From NCBI GenBank assembly GCA_964291495.2, contig OZ219871.1, positions 1,440,001 to 1,504,000 of the forward strand: a stretch of DNA of 64,000 nucleotides, written 5' to 3'. Positions 56,084-64,000 of this stretch are shown here, in pieces; position 1 is the stretch's first letter, and the number at the start of each line of letters is the position of its first letter. Below the pieces are notes generated by a model, which saw nothing but the letters and a program-made list of their open reading frames with translations, had not been told where the DNA came from and ran no database searches. The position numbers were made by a program, and so were the translations under genes. Source of the DNA: Dehalococcoidia bacterium (GTDB lineage Bacteria > Chloroflexota > Dehalococcoidia > UBA2979).

Positions 56084-58414
56084 CTAGTCGAAGCGCAACG
56101 CGCGCGCCCGGATCTCGTCGATCGAGAGCACCGGCGCGTCCGGCGCCAGCTCGCCCGGCGTGTAGGTGACAGAGGCGAGCCGCCCGCTGTAAGGGAACGG
56201 GCCGTGCCGCTCGTACAGCTCCCACGAGACCGGCGAGCGGCGGTCGATGCCGATGTCGATCCCCTCGAAGGGCGCGAGCGGGTGGAGTTGCACGAGGTCA
56301 TCGAGGACGCCGCGTGACTCGCCGTTGACGCGCAACTCGACGGCGCCGCGGTTCCTCGGCAGCGCCGTGAACTCGAACACCACTTCAAGGTCGCCCTCGG
56401 GCAGCGCGCCGCCGGCGAGCTCCGATATGTCGCTGTAGGCGTTGTACACGAAGCGGATCGCCCCGCCCTCGACGTACAGCACGTAGCCGCCGCCCTGCGC
56501 GCCGTGAGCCACGATCACGCCCTCGTCGCCCGCCTCGTAGTGGAGGCGCGAGCTGACCGTGAACGAGCGCCGGAAGATCAGCTGCAGCGAGCGATCGCGC
56601 TCGAGGGTCGGCGTGCCGGGGTAGATGGTGATCGGCTCCGCCAGCAACTCGTCCTCAGGAGGGCGCAGCAGCTGCTTCAGGCCGCTGTGGTCGTCGAGCG
56701 GGTAGACCTGGTTGTCGAGGGCGGCCTGCTCCCAGGCGTCGGCCAGCTCGCGCAGCTTCTCGGGGTGCTCGCCGGCGAGGTCGCGCAGCTCCGTGGGGTC
56801 GTCGCGCAGATCGTAGAGCTCCCACTCCTCGTCGCTGTAGGGCGCGCCGCGCTGGTGCAGCGTGACGGCGCTCCAGCCGTCGCGGTAGTAGCCGCGGTTG
56901 CCGACCATCTCGTAGAGCTGTTCCGGGTGCGCCGAGGCGGCCGACTCGTCCGCCAGGCTCGCCGCGAAGCTGGCGCCGGCGCGTTCGGGCAGGGATTCGT
57001 CGCCGGGCTCGGGCGGCGCCCCGGCGCCCGCGAGCTCGAGGATTGTCGGCAGGACGTCGGTGACGTGGGCGTACTGCCGCCGCTGCTCGCCGCCGCCGGC
57101 GATGCCCTTCGGCCACGAGATGATGAACGGCACCTGGTGGCCGCCCGCGTGCGTGGTGCTCTTGTAGAGCCGGAACGGCGTGTTCCCGGCCATCCCCCAG
57201 CCGCGCGGGTAGTGCGGCCATGACTGCGGCCCGCCCAGCAGGTCCAGCTTCGCGTAGTCGCGGTCGATGTCGGCGGCGGCCCGCGCGAAGGCGGCCAGGT
57301 ACTCGGTCGTGCCGGCGGTCTCACCCTCGCGCGAGGCGCCGTTGTCCGAGGTAAAGATCACGACAGTATTGTCGCGCTCGCCCAGCTCCTCGAGGGCGGC
57401 CATCAGCCGGCCGAAGTTCTGGTCGATGTTGTCGACCATTGCTGCGTACAGCTCCTCGTAACGTGCGAACAGCGTCTGCTCGCGAGGGTCGAGCTCGTCC
57501 CAGGCGGACACGTCGTAGCCGCGCTCGTGGTTCCTCGGCGCCAGCGCCGTGCCCTCGGGAATCACACCCAGCTCGAGCTGCCGCCGGTAGCGCGCCTCGC
57601 GCACAGCGTCCCAGCCGCCGTCGAAGACCCCCCGGTACTTCGCGATGTCCTCGGGCTTGGCGTGCAGTGGGGCGTGGGGCGCGCCGTGGGCGAAGTAGAG
57701 GAAGAACGGCTGGCGTGGGTTCGCGGCCTTCTGCTCGCGGATCATGCGGACCGCGCGGTCCGTCGCGTCGTCCGTGAAGTAGTAGCCGTCCGGGTAGCGA
57801 TCGATCTCGACGCGGGCGTTGTCCTCCATCAGCTCGTTGGGCATGTGCAGGTTGGTGAACGGCCCGAGGAACCCGAAGTAGCGGTCGAAGCCGCGCTGCA
57901 CCGGCCAGGAGTGCATCCGCTGGAAGGGCGAGAGCGCGGTGTCCTTCGAGAGGTGCCACTTCCCGACCATCATCGTCGCGTAGCCGGCGTCCCGCAGGAT
58001 CTCGGCCATCGTCGGCACGTTCGAGGCGAGCTCCATCGCGTAGCCGGGGAAGCCCGGATCCGCGTGCGCCACCCAGCCGACGCCGACGGCGTGCGAGTTG
58101 CGGCCCGTCAGGAGCGCCGCGCGCGTCGGCGAGCACATTGGCGTGACGTGGAAGTTCGTGTAGCGCAGGCCCTCGGCGGCGAGGCCGTCGAGGTGTGGCG
58201 TCTCGATCTCGGAGCCGTAGCACCCGAGGTCGGAGAAGCCGAGGTCGTCGGCGAGCACGATCACGACGTTCGGCGCGCCCTCGGGCGGCGTGGGGCGCGG
58301 CGGCCACCACGACTGGGAGGCGGCGATCGTGCGGCCGATCGTGCCCTCGAACCCCGCGTAGGCGCTCGCCCGCGGACCGGCGCCCGGTTCTGTCCGGAGA
58401 TCCTCGGTCGCCAC
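56084..58414 (-). CDS. Arylsulfatase (Cys-type)
   Basis: [27 protein letters not shown] and SDNG. Confidence 0.94.
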   Translation of the reverse strand: MATEDLRTEPGAGPRASAYAGFEGTIGRTIAASQSWWPPRPTPPEGAPNVVIVLADDLGFSDLGCYGSEIETPHLDGLAAEGLRYTNFHVTPMCSPTRAALLTGRNSHAVGVGWVAHADPGFPGYAMELASNVPTMAEILRDAGYATMMVGKWHLSKDTALSPFQRMHSWPVQRGFDRYFGFLGPFTNLHMPNELMEDNARVEIDRYPDGYYFTDDATDRAVRMIREQKAANPRQPFFLYFAHGAPHAPLHAKPEDIAKYRGVFDGGWDAVREARYRRQLELGVIPEGTALAPRNHERGYDVSAWDELDPREQTLFARYEELYAAMVDNIDQNFGRLMAALEELGERDNTVVIFTSDNGASREGETAGTTEYLAAFARAAADIDRDYAKLDLLGGPQSWPHYPRGWGMAGNTPFRLYKSTTHAGGHQVPFIISWPKGIAGGGEQRRQYAHVTDVLPTILELAGAGAPPEPGDESLPERAGASFAASLADESAASAHPEQLYEMVGNRGYYRDGWSAVTLHQRGAPYSDEEWELYDLRDDPTELRDLAGEHPEKLRELADAWEQAALDNQVYPLDDHSGLKQLLRPPEDELLAEPITIYPGTPTLERDRSLQLIFRRSFTVSSRLHYEAGDEGVIVAHGAQGGGYVLYVEGGAIRFVYNAYSDISELAGGALPEGDLEVVFEFTALPRNRGAVELRVNGESRGVLDDLVQLHPLAPFEGIDIGIDRRSPVSWELYERHGPFPYSGRLASVTYTPGELAPDAPVLSIDEIRARALRFD

Positions 58415-58428
58415 GGTCGCCTCCTCCG

Positions 58429-58953
58429 CTACGCCCGCCGGCGCGCTGCGCCCGCACCCGCCTCGCAGAGGCGGCGCAGGCTCCACATCGCCTCCAGGTC
58501 GCGCTCGTTGATCTCGTGGACGAACTGGTCGAGGGGCATCTCGCCGCGGTGGCGATGGACGCCGCGGTGCTCCCAGGCCGATCCCGCCCACTGCAGCGTC
58601 CACAGCAGCTCCTCGCGCAGCGAGGCGAACCCGTACAGCAGATCCCGGAACTCCTCGAGGCGGTAGCGGCGCTCGCCCGGGCCCAGGTGCGCACGGCGCT
58701 CGGGGAGCGGCGCGCCGGAGCGATCGCAGATCGCCTGCACGGCGCGCAGGTCTTCCGCCTCCGAGTCCCGCAGGAAACCGACGATCTCGAGGATCGACCA
58801 GTCCTCGCGCAGCCCCGCCTCGGGCGGCGGGCGGCGCGTCAGGATCGCGTCGTCGAGTCCCCAGGTGAGTTGCTGGACCTCGTGAGCGACCTCGCGCAAG
58901 GCCTTGAGCAGCCAGCGCTGGTTCGAACCGTAGCGCCTCGACGAGGTCGGCAC
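58429..58953 (-). CDS. DinB-like family protein (metal-ligand His residues appear substituted)
   Basis: [14 protein letters not shown] and W...GVH...G. Confidence 0.7.
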   Translation of the reverse strand: MPTSSRRYGSNQRWLLKALREVAHEVQQLTWGLDDAILTRRPPPEAGLREDWSILEIVGFLRDSEAEDLRAVQAICDRSGAPLPERRAHLGPGERRYRLEEFRDLLYGFASLREELLWTLQWAGSAWEHRGVHRHRGEMPLDQFVHEINERDLEAMWSLRRLCEAGAGAARRRA

Positions 58954-59071
58954 CGCGCGATCGTTGGCCGCGCCGATCGGCTTGTCAACCGCGGGAGCCG
59001 CCGGGCGGGGTGGCCCGCGCGTTGACCGCGGAGGAGATTCGGGCGAGGCTCGCGCACGGGGCCCCAACGAC

Positions 59072-59905
59072 GTGAGCGCGGACTCGCTGCCCTACACGGT
59101 CCTGATCCTGATCGCCGAGTTGGCCATCGGCTCGCTCGTCTTCGTCACCTGGTTCGACGGGCGCGGGATGGTCACGCGCGGCTACGTGCAGACCGGCGCG
59201 GCGATCGTCGTGCCCTCGGCGGTGCTCGCGTTGCTGATCGCCTTCAACCTCGATCCGGAGGCGGGGATCGATGGCTACACGCTGCGGGGCGGCGCGCTCG
59301 ACGGGCTGCGCGTCGTGCTGGTGCTGTTCTCCGTCGTTGCGGGTCTGCACCTGGTGATGGCGTTCACGGAGCGCGCCGGAGCGGCGCGCCTGCTCGGCTG
59401 GGCCGGCGGCGCGGTGGGGCTGGCCGCGCTGGTGCTGCTCGCGGCGCTGGTCTCGGCGCCGGCCTGGTCCTACGCCGGGGTGCTGGCGAGCATGCTCGTC
59501 TCTGCGCTCGTGCTGGGCGGCTCGCTAATGGCGATGAGCTGGGGGCACTGGTACCTCACCAACTCCGGGCTGCCCAAGGAGCCGCTGGAGCAGATGTCGC
59601 TGCTGGTCCTCGGGGCGCTGATCGCGCAGGTGCTGCTCGTCGTCGCCGGCGCCGCCGCGCCCGTGCGCGAGACGCCGCTGACGCAGGGCGCCTTCGGCGT
59701 CTCACTGGGCGAGAATCCGGCCTTCTGGTTCCGCGTCGGCGTCGGGTTGCTGTTCCCGCTCGTGCTCGCCTGGCTCGCCTGGAAGGCGGCGGCGATCCGG
59801 GGAATGATGTCCGCCACCGGCCTGCTCTACATCGCCGTCGGCGCGGTTCTCGCGGGGGAGGTGCTCGCGCGCGGCCTGCTCTTCGCGACCGGCGCCGCCG
59901 TCTAG
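59072..59905 (+). CDS. Polytopic membrane protein (about 8 TM, DmsC/NrfD-like anchor fold possible)
   Basis: Hydrophobic helices; GHWYL and SATGLLY motifs. Confidence 0.7.
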   Translation: MSADSLPYTVLILIAELAIGSLVFVTWFDGRGMVTRGYVQTGAAIVVPSAVLALLIAFNLDPEAGIDGYTLRGGALDGLRVVLVLFSVVAGLHLVMAFTERAGAARLLGWAGGAVGLAALVLLAALVSAPAWSYAGVLASMLVSALVLGGSLMAMSWGHWYLTNSGLPKEPLEQMSLLVLGALIAQVLLVVAGAAAPVRETPLTQGAFGVSLGENPAFWFRVGVGLLFPLVLAWLAWKAAAIRGMMSATGLLYIAVGAVLAGEVLARGLLFATGAAV

Positions 59906-59969
59906 CACCCCGCGACTCCGGCGCTCCGAGGGGTCTCGCCGCCTGCTGGGCGGTCATACAATGATCGGG

Positions 59970-60644
59970 ATGCCCGGCAGCCGATCGGAGGGGCTTCCCT
60001 TGGCCGACGCACACGCCGGCAGCGAGCCAGTTCCCCTGCGGCTTGGCCGCGCGGAGGCGACGCGCCCGCAGGACGCGTCCTACGCGGAGGCCGTCGACGA
60101 TTCGCTCATGGAGCGGATGGCGCTGGGCGACGGTCGGGCGCTCGAGCTGCTCTACGACCGCTACCACGTGCTCGTCTACTCGGTGGCGTTGCGCGTCGTG
60201 CGCGACGAGATGCTCGCGGAGGACATCGTGCAGGAGGTCTTCGTGCGGCTCTGGCGCCGCCCGCAGTCCTACGACCCGGGGCGCGGGCGCTTCCTCAGCT
60301 GGTTGATGTCCGTCACCCGCAATCGCGCGATCGACGAGGTCCGGCGCGTCACCCGCCGCCTGCGCATCGAGGAGCGCCGCGAGGGCGCGGCCGAGCAGGT
60401 GCGGAGCACGGACCGCCTCGATGCCCCTGAGCTGGCGGCGGCGATCGGCGACGAACGGCGCGAGGTGCGCGCCGCACTGGCCACGCTTCCCGAGGCGCAG
60501 CGGCGCGTGCTGGAGCTGGCCTACTTCGACGGACTGACGCAGTCTGAGATCGCGGCGCTCACCGATACGCCGCTCGGCACCGTGAAGACGCGAACCCGGC
60601 TGGCGATGGACAGGTTGCGCCAGCGCCTTGGAGGCCGACCGTGA
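59970..60644 (+). CDS. ECF sigma factor (SigK-like)
   Basis: LYDRY, AEDIVQEVF, RNRAID, LAYFDGLTQSEIA and PLGTVKTR. Confidence 0.93.
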   Translation: MPGSRSEGLPLADAHAGSEPVPLRLGRAEATRPQDASYAEAVDDSLMERMALGDGRALELLYDRYHVLVYSVALRVVRDEMLAEDIVQEVFVRLWRRPQSYDPGRGRFLSWLMSVTRNRAIDEVRRVTRRLRIEERREGAAEQVRSTDRLDAPELAAAIGDERREVRAALATLPEAQRRVLELAYFDGLTQSEIAALTDTPLGTVKTRTRLAMDRLRQRLGGRP

Positions 60645-61474
60645 CGTCCGAAGAGCGCGACGCGCAGCTCGCCGCCTACGCGCTCGGCAGCCTCAGCGGG
60701 CCCGAGGCGAATGCCGTCGAGGAGCTCGCGCGCAGCGATCCCGCGGCGGCGCGCCAGCTCGCCGAGTACCAGGAGGTCGCCGACCTGATCGCGCTCGATG
60801 CGCCGCTGCAGCGGGCCGACCCGGCGTTGCGCGCGCGCGTGCTGCGCGCGGCGCGGCAGGCGGACCGCCCCGGCCTCCGCCGCATCCCGATCGTGCAGAC
60901 GCTCGCCATCGCCGCGTTGCTCGCCGCGGTCGCCGTCGCCGCCGGCTGGGGCGTGCGGCTGCAGGGGGAGCTCGACTCGTTGCGGCAGGAATCGACGGAA
61001 CTCCAGGTTGCGGTCGCCTCGGATTCGAGACGGATCGACGTGCTGGACCGCGAGCTGGTTGCCGGCGGCGACCAGGCGCTGCGGGCGGAGTTGCAACGGG
61101 TCCGCGACACGCACGAAAAAACCGTCGCGATCCTCGCGGCCCGCGATGTCTGGACGGCCGAGCTGGCCAGCGCCGAGGGCGGCCACGGCGCGAGCGGGCG
61201 CTGTGTCTGGAGCGCCGCGCTGAACTCCGGAGTGCTGGTTGCGCAGGGGCTCCCGCCGCTCCCGCTCGGCGTCCTCTACGAGGTGTGGCTCGATGACGGC
61301 GAGCAGCTCATCTCCGCGGGCACCTTCCTGCCTTCGACGGACGGCGAGGCGCAGGTGCTGATCGAGCTGGATGCGCCGTTCGAGCCGCGCTCGGTCACCA
61401 TCGCGACCGGGCCGCCGGGCGGGGCGGGCTCGTTGCAGCCGCCGATCGTGCTTGGCGGGGACGTGATTCGCTAG
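60641..61474 (+). CDS. Anti-sigma factor (RskA-like)
   Basis: AAYALG N-terminus, one TM, LPPL...YEVWL; coupled to the sigma gene. Confidence 0.85.
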   Translation: MTSEERDAQLAAYALGSLSGPEANAVEELARSDPAAARQLAEYQEVADLIALDAPLQRADPALRARVLRAARQADRPGLRRIPIVQTLAIAALLAAVAVAAGWGVRLQGELDSLRQESTELQVAVASDSRRIDVLDRELVAGGDQALRAELQRVRDTHEKTVAILAARDVWTAELASAEGGHGASGRCVWSAALNSGVLVAQGLPPLPLGVLYEVWLDDGEQLISAGTFLPSTDGEAQVLIELDAPFEPRSVTIATGPPGGAGSLQPPIVLGGDVIR

Positions 61475-61510
61475 CCCGTACGCCGAGCGTGAGTCCGCGG
61501 GAGGGGCGAG

Positions 61511-61831
61511 ATGGAGGCAGGCAACGTAGTGGCGATGTTCCTCGAGGAGACCCGCTTCAGCTCGCGGGAGGAGTGGGAGCAGGCCTGCGCCGGCGTGTGG
61601 GACGAGGCGCTGGCGGAGCTGCGTACGAACCCCGGCTTCCGGGGGCTCGCCGCGTTCTGGGCCGACGACGACACGGCGCGTGGCGGTGTCATGGGCCTGT
61701 GGGACTCGCTGGAAGACCGGCTTCGCTACGAGGCCCGGTCGGCGGGCGCCGTGCGTGCGCTCTTCGATCCGTTCTTCACGCGCGCCCCAAGCCGCCCCCG
61801 GCTGCACGTTACCAACGCCACGATGGAGTAG
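61511..61831 (+). CDS. Hypothetical protein, dimeric alpha/beta barrel (ABM-like)
   Basis: PGFRG and LWDSLE motifs. Confidence 0.6.
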   Translation: MEAGNVVAMFLEETRFSSREEWEQACAGVWDEALAELRTNPGFRGLAAFWADDDTARGGVMGLWDSLEDRLRYEARSAGAVRALFDPFFTRAPSRPRLHVTNATME

Positions 61832-61844
61832 GCGGGCCGCGCAG

Positions 61845-63065
61845 CTACGACGCGCCCCCCTGGTCCGAAGACGCCGTCGCGGCGCCCTCGCCGTTCGCGG
61901 GCTCGGCGCCGGTTGGCGGCTCCGGCGCCTCGTCGGGTGGTTTGCGATGGAAGTGGCGGGCGGCGTGCGATTGGGCGAGGGCCTCGTCCGGTTCGAGGCC
62001 GCGCAGGCGGCTGTCGGCATACCAGAACAGCTCTCGCAGCAGCGCGGTCAGCGGCACGATCACCAGCAGCCCGATGAACCCGAAGACCGCGCCGGCGGCC
62101 ACCAGCAGCAGGATGATGATCGCGGGGTGCAGGTCCACGGCCTGGCTCTGGATGCGCGGCACCAGCAGGTTGTTCTCCAGCTGCTGGACCATGACGAAGA
62201 GCAGCGCCACCCACAGGATCTTCTCCGGATCCCCGCTGGCCGCCGCCATCAGCAGCGCGGGCAGCGCACCGATCCACGGCCCGATGATCGGGATCAGCTC
62301 GGTGACGCCGGCGAAGATCGCGAGCGCGATCGACAGCTCCACGTCGATCAGGGTCAGACCGAAGAACGTCAGCACGCCGACCACCGCCCCCAGGATGAGC
62401 TGGCCGCGCAGGTAGCGGCCGAGCAGCGCGTCGGCGATGCGAAGGCCGTTGAACATGTCGGGCCGCACGGCGGTCGGCACCGCGGCTCCGAAGTTGTCCT
62501 CGAAGCGGTGGCGGTCGCGCAGTGCATAGAACAGCCAGAAGGGGACGATCAGGAAGCCGAAAATCACGCCGAGCGTCCGCGTCAGGAAGGAGAACGAGTC
62601 CGTCGTGTGGCTCGCGATCTCCACGCCCAGCTGGTCGGCGTTTTCGGCGATGGTGTTGTCGATACGTTCGCGAACGTTTTCCGGGACGCGGTCGCGGTAC
62701 TGGTTGAGCCAGGAGTTGATCTGGTCCTGCGCGCGCTGGCGCAGGTCCGGGAAGGAGTCGATGAACTCGGTGGCCTGATCGATCGCAACGGGGGCGATCA
62801 GCAGGCCGAGCCCGACCAGCACGCCGAGGATCACGAGGTAGACGAGCAGGACCGCCAGGCCTCGGGAGATGACGTTCTTTTCGGGCGTGCCGCCCGGCAG
62901 GAACGAGGCGAGCGAGGCGATGTGGTCCACCGCCGGCGTGAGCACGTAGGCGAGGAGTCCCCCGACCGCGAACGGGAAGAGCGCCCAGCGCGCGCTCCAG
63001 GCAATCCAGAGCACGACCCCTACCATCAGCAGCCAGAGCGAAACCCGCACCCGGGATCTGGTCAT
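61845..63065 (-). CDS. AI-2E family transporter
   Basis: LAYVLTPAV, YLRGQL, IPIIGP and QQLENNLLVPRI. Confidence 0.92.
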   Translation of the reverse strand: MTRSRVRVSLWLLMVGVVLWIAWSARWALFPFAVGGLLAYVLTPAVDHIASLASFLPGGTPEKNVISRGLAVLLVYLVILGVLVGLGLLIAPVAIDQATEFIDSFPDLRQRAQDQINSWLNQYRDRVPENVRERIDNTIAENADQLGVEIASHTTDSFSFLTRTLGVIFGFLIVPFWLFYALRDRHRFEDNFGAAVPTAVRPDMFNGLRIADALLGRYLRGQLILGAVVGVLTFFGLTLIDVELSIALAIFAGVTELIPIIGPWIGALPALLMAAASGDPEKILWVALLFVMVQQLENNLLVPRIQSQAVDLHPAIIILLLVAAGAVFGFIGLLVIVPLTALLRELFWYADSRLRGLEPDEALAQSHAARHFHRKPPDEAPEPPTGAEPANGEGAATASSDQGGAS

Positions 63066-63187
63066 GACGTGCTCGCCCGCCCTCGTGCGTCGGTGGAGCG
63101 GCGGGGATCGCCGCTCCGGCCGCCCATTGTGCCTGATACACGCGGCGCATGGAGACGCTTCACGGATCCTCGACCATCCACTCGCCA

Positions 63188-63216
63188 TTGACATCTCATG
63201 GTGCGGACCGGACGAT
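63188..63216 (+). promoter_or_regulatory. Candidate sigma70 promoter of the Fur-family gene
   Basis: TTGACA-17 bp-GACGAT. Confidence 0.5.
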
Positions 63217-63258
63217 GTCTCCAGCGGGGCTCCCCGCCCCCAGGCACGAGGGAACGCG

Positions 63259-63687
63259 ATGGTTTCCAAACAGACGCTTGAACGACGAATCGCCGACAGC
63301 GGCCGCCGCCTCACCGAGCCGCGGCGCCAGCTCATCGAAACGATGCGCAACCTCGGCGACCACTTCACCGCCGACCAGGTCGTGCAGGCCGCCCCCGGCG
63401 TCGGTCGCGCCACGGTGTTCCGCACGATGCGGCTGCTGCAGGAAGTCGACGTGCTCTGCCAGGTGGTGCTGGACGACGGCGCCGTCGGCTACCGCCTCAC
63501 CGACAATGCGCGCCACCACCACCACCTGATCTGCTCCCAGTGCGGCGCCACCGACGACTTCGCAAGCGGCGGCATCGAGGACCAGCTCGCCGAGCTGGGA
63601 CGCCAGAGCGGCTTCGACATCCACGGCCACCGCCTCGAGATCTACGGCCTCTGCGCCGACTGCAACCAGGAACTCGGCTGCCACTGA
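63259..63687 (+). CDS. Fur-family regulator (probably Zur-like)
   Basis: RLT.PR, ATVFR, HHHHLICSQC and EIYGLCADC; precedes a metal ABC lipoprotein. Confidence 0.92.
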   Translation: MVSKQTLERRIADSGRRLTEPRRQLIETMRNLGDHFTADQVVQAAPGVGRATVFRTMRLLQEVDVLCQVVLDDGAVGYRLTDNARHHHHLICSQCGATDDFASGGIEDQLAELGRQSGFDIHGHRLEIYGLCADCNQELGCH

Positions 63688-63763
63688 CGTAGCCCGCCCT
63701 GCGCGCTCCCACCCTGACGCCCCCGCGTGATGCATTTGAGATCAAGTCTCTTGCATGCCCCGC

Positions 63764-63825
63764 TGATACCGGGTATCGTGCCGCCGATCTGATAGGACAA
63801 CTTAGCAGATCGATACCAGGTATCA
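63764..63825. promoter_or_regulatory. Two palindromic operators GATACC-N-GGTATC
   Basis: 63765-63777 and 63812-63824, upstream of the metal ABC binding-protein gene. Confidence 0.75.
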
Positions 63826-63843
63826 ACAAGAAGAGAGGTTGTG

Positions 63844-64000
63844 ATGCGCGACCTGTTCCCCGCTACGAATGCTCTGGAGCACGTTGCTGCTCGCGCTCGC
63901 GCTCGCCGTCGCGGTGGCGTGCACGGGCGACGACGACGATGACGAGGACGGGGACGAGCGTCTCCAGGTTGTCGCGTCCACCGGCATCATCGCCCACTTT
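63844..64000 (+). CDS. Metal ABC transporter substrate-binding lipoprotein (ZnuA/TroA-like), N-terminus only
   Basis: Signal peptide, lipobox VAC, acidic linker, LQVVASTGII; the RBS-linked ATG at 63844 is out of frame by 1 nt at a C-run (alternative ATG 63869). Confidence 0.8.

Noticed and set aside
63685-63717. TGA after GCH at the end of the Fur gene as a possible Sec codon
   Set aside because: No SECIS-like hairpin; the Fur domain is complete and the extension is short and featureless
1-64000. tRNA, rRNA, tmRNA, prophage or integrase genes
   Set aside because: No recognisable cloverleaf, rRNA signature, phage structural gene or recombinase motif was found by eye

Overview
Very GC-rich bacterial chromosomal segment. 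The gene content (many luciferase-like/F420 LLM oxidoreductases, CaiB CoA-transferases, crotonases, an orphan family-5 substrate-binding protein, a Chloroflexus-type malyl-CoA lyase) suggests Chloroflexota, probably Dehalococcoidia/SAR202-Tepidiforma-like; this is inference. It carries about 60 CDS: housekeeping genes (rpiB, gatCA, trpS, argS, class A PBP, ferritin, Sir2, PGI/PMI, ECF sigma/anti-sigma, Fur-family regulator), catabolic clusters, and small accessory inserts (HicBA-like, RelE-like and orphan antitoxin genes, a decayed NucS-like nuclease, a GIY-YIG nuclease). Best candidate novelty: two tandem 63-codon ORFs (42366-42953) ending CCGNLGEPGC-TGA. In both, an identical SECIS-like hairpin starts 12 nt after the TGA and the frame continues into a His-rich tail, so they are probable unannotated CC..CU selenoproteins. 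Other notable signals: a GIY-YIG gene bracketed by 31-bp inverted copies of a REP dispersed elsewhere in the window, a perfect CIRCE over the promoter of a PAC2-family gene, twin GATACC-N-GGTATC operators downstream of a Fur-family gene, and a convergent toxin/antitoxin pair between argS and trpS. Several single-base frameshifts, including one in argS, look like long-read consensus errors. No rRNA, tRNA or CRISPR array was recognised. All family calls are from motif recognition, with no database search.
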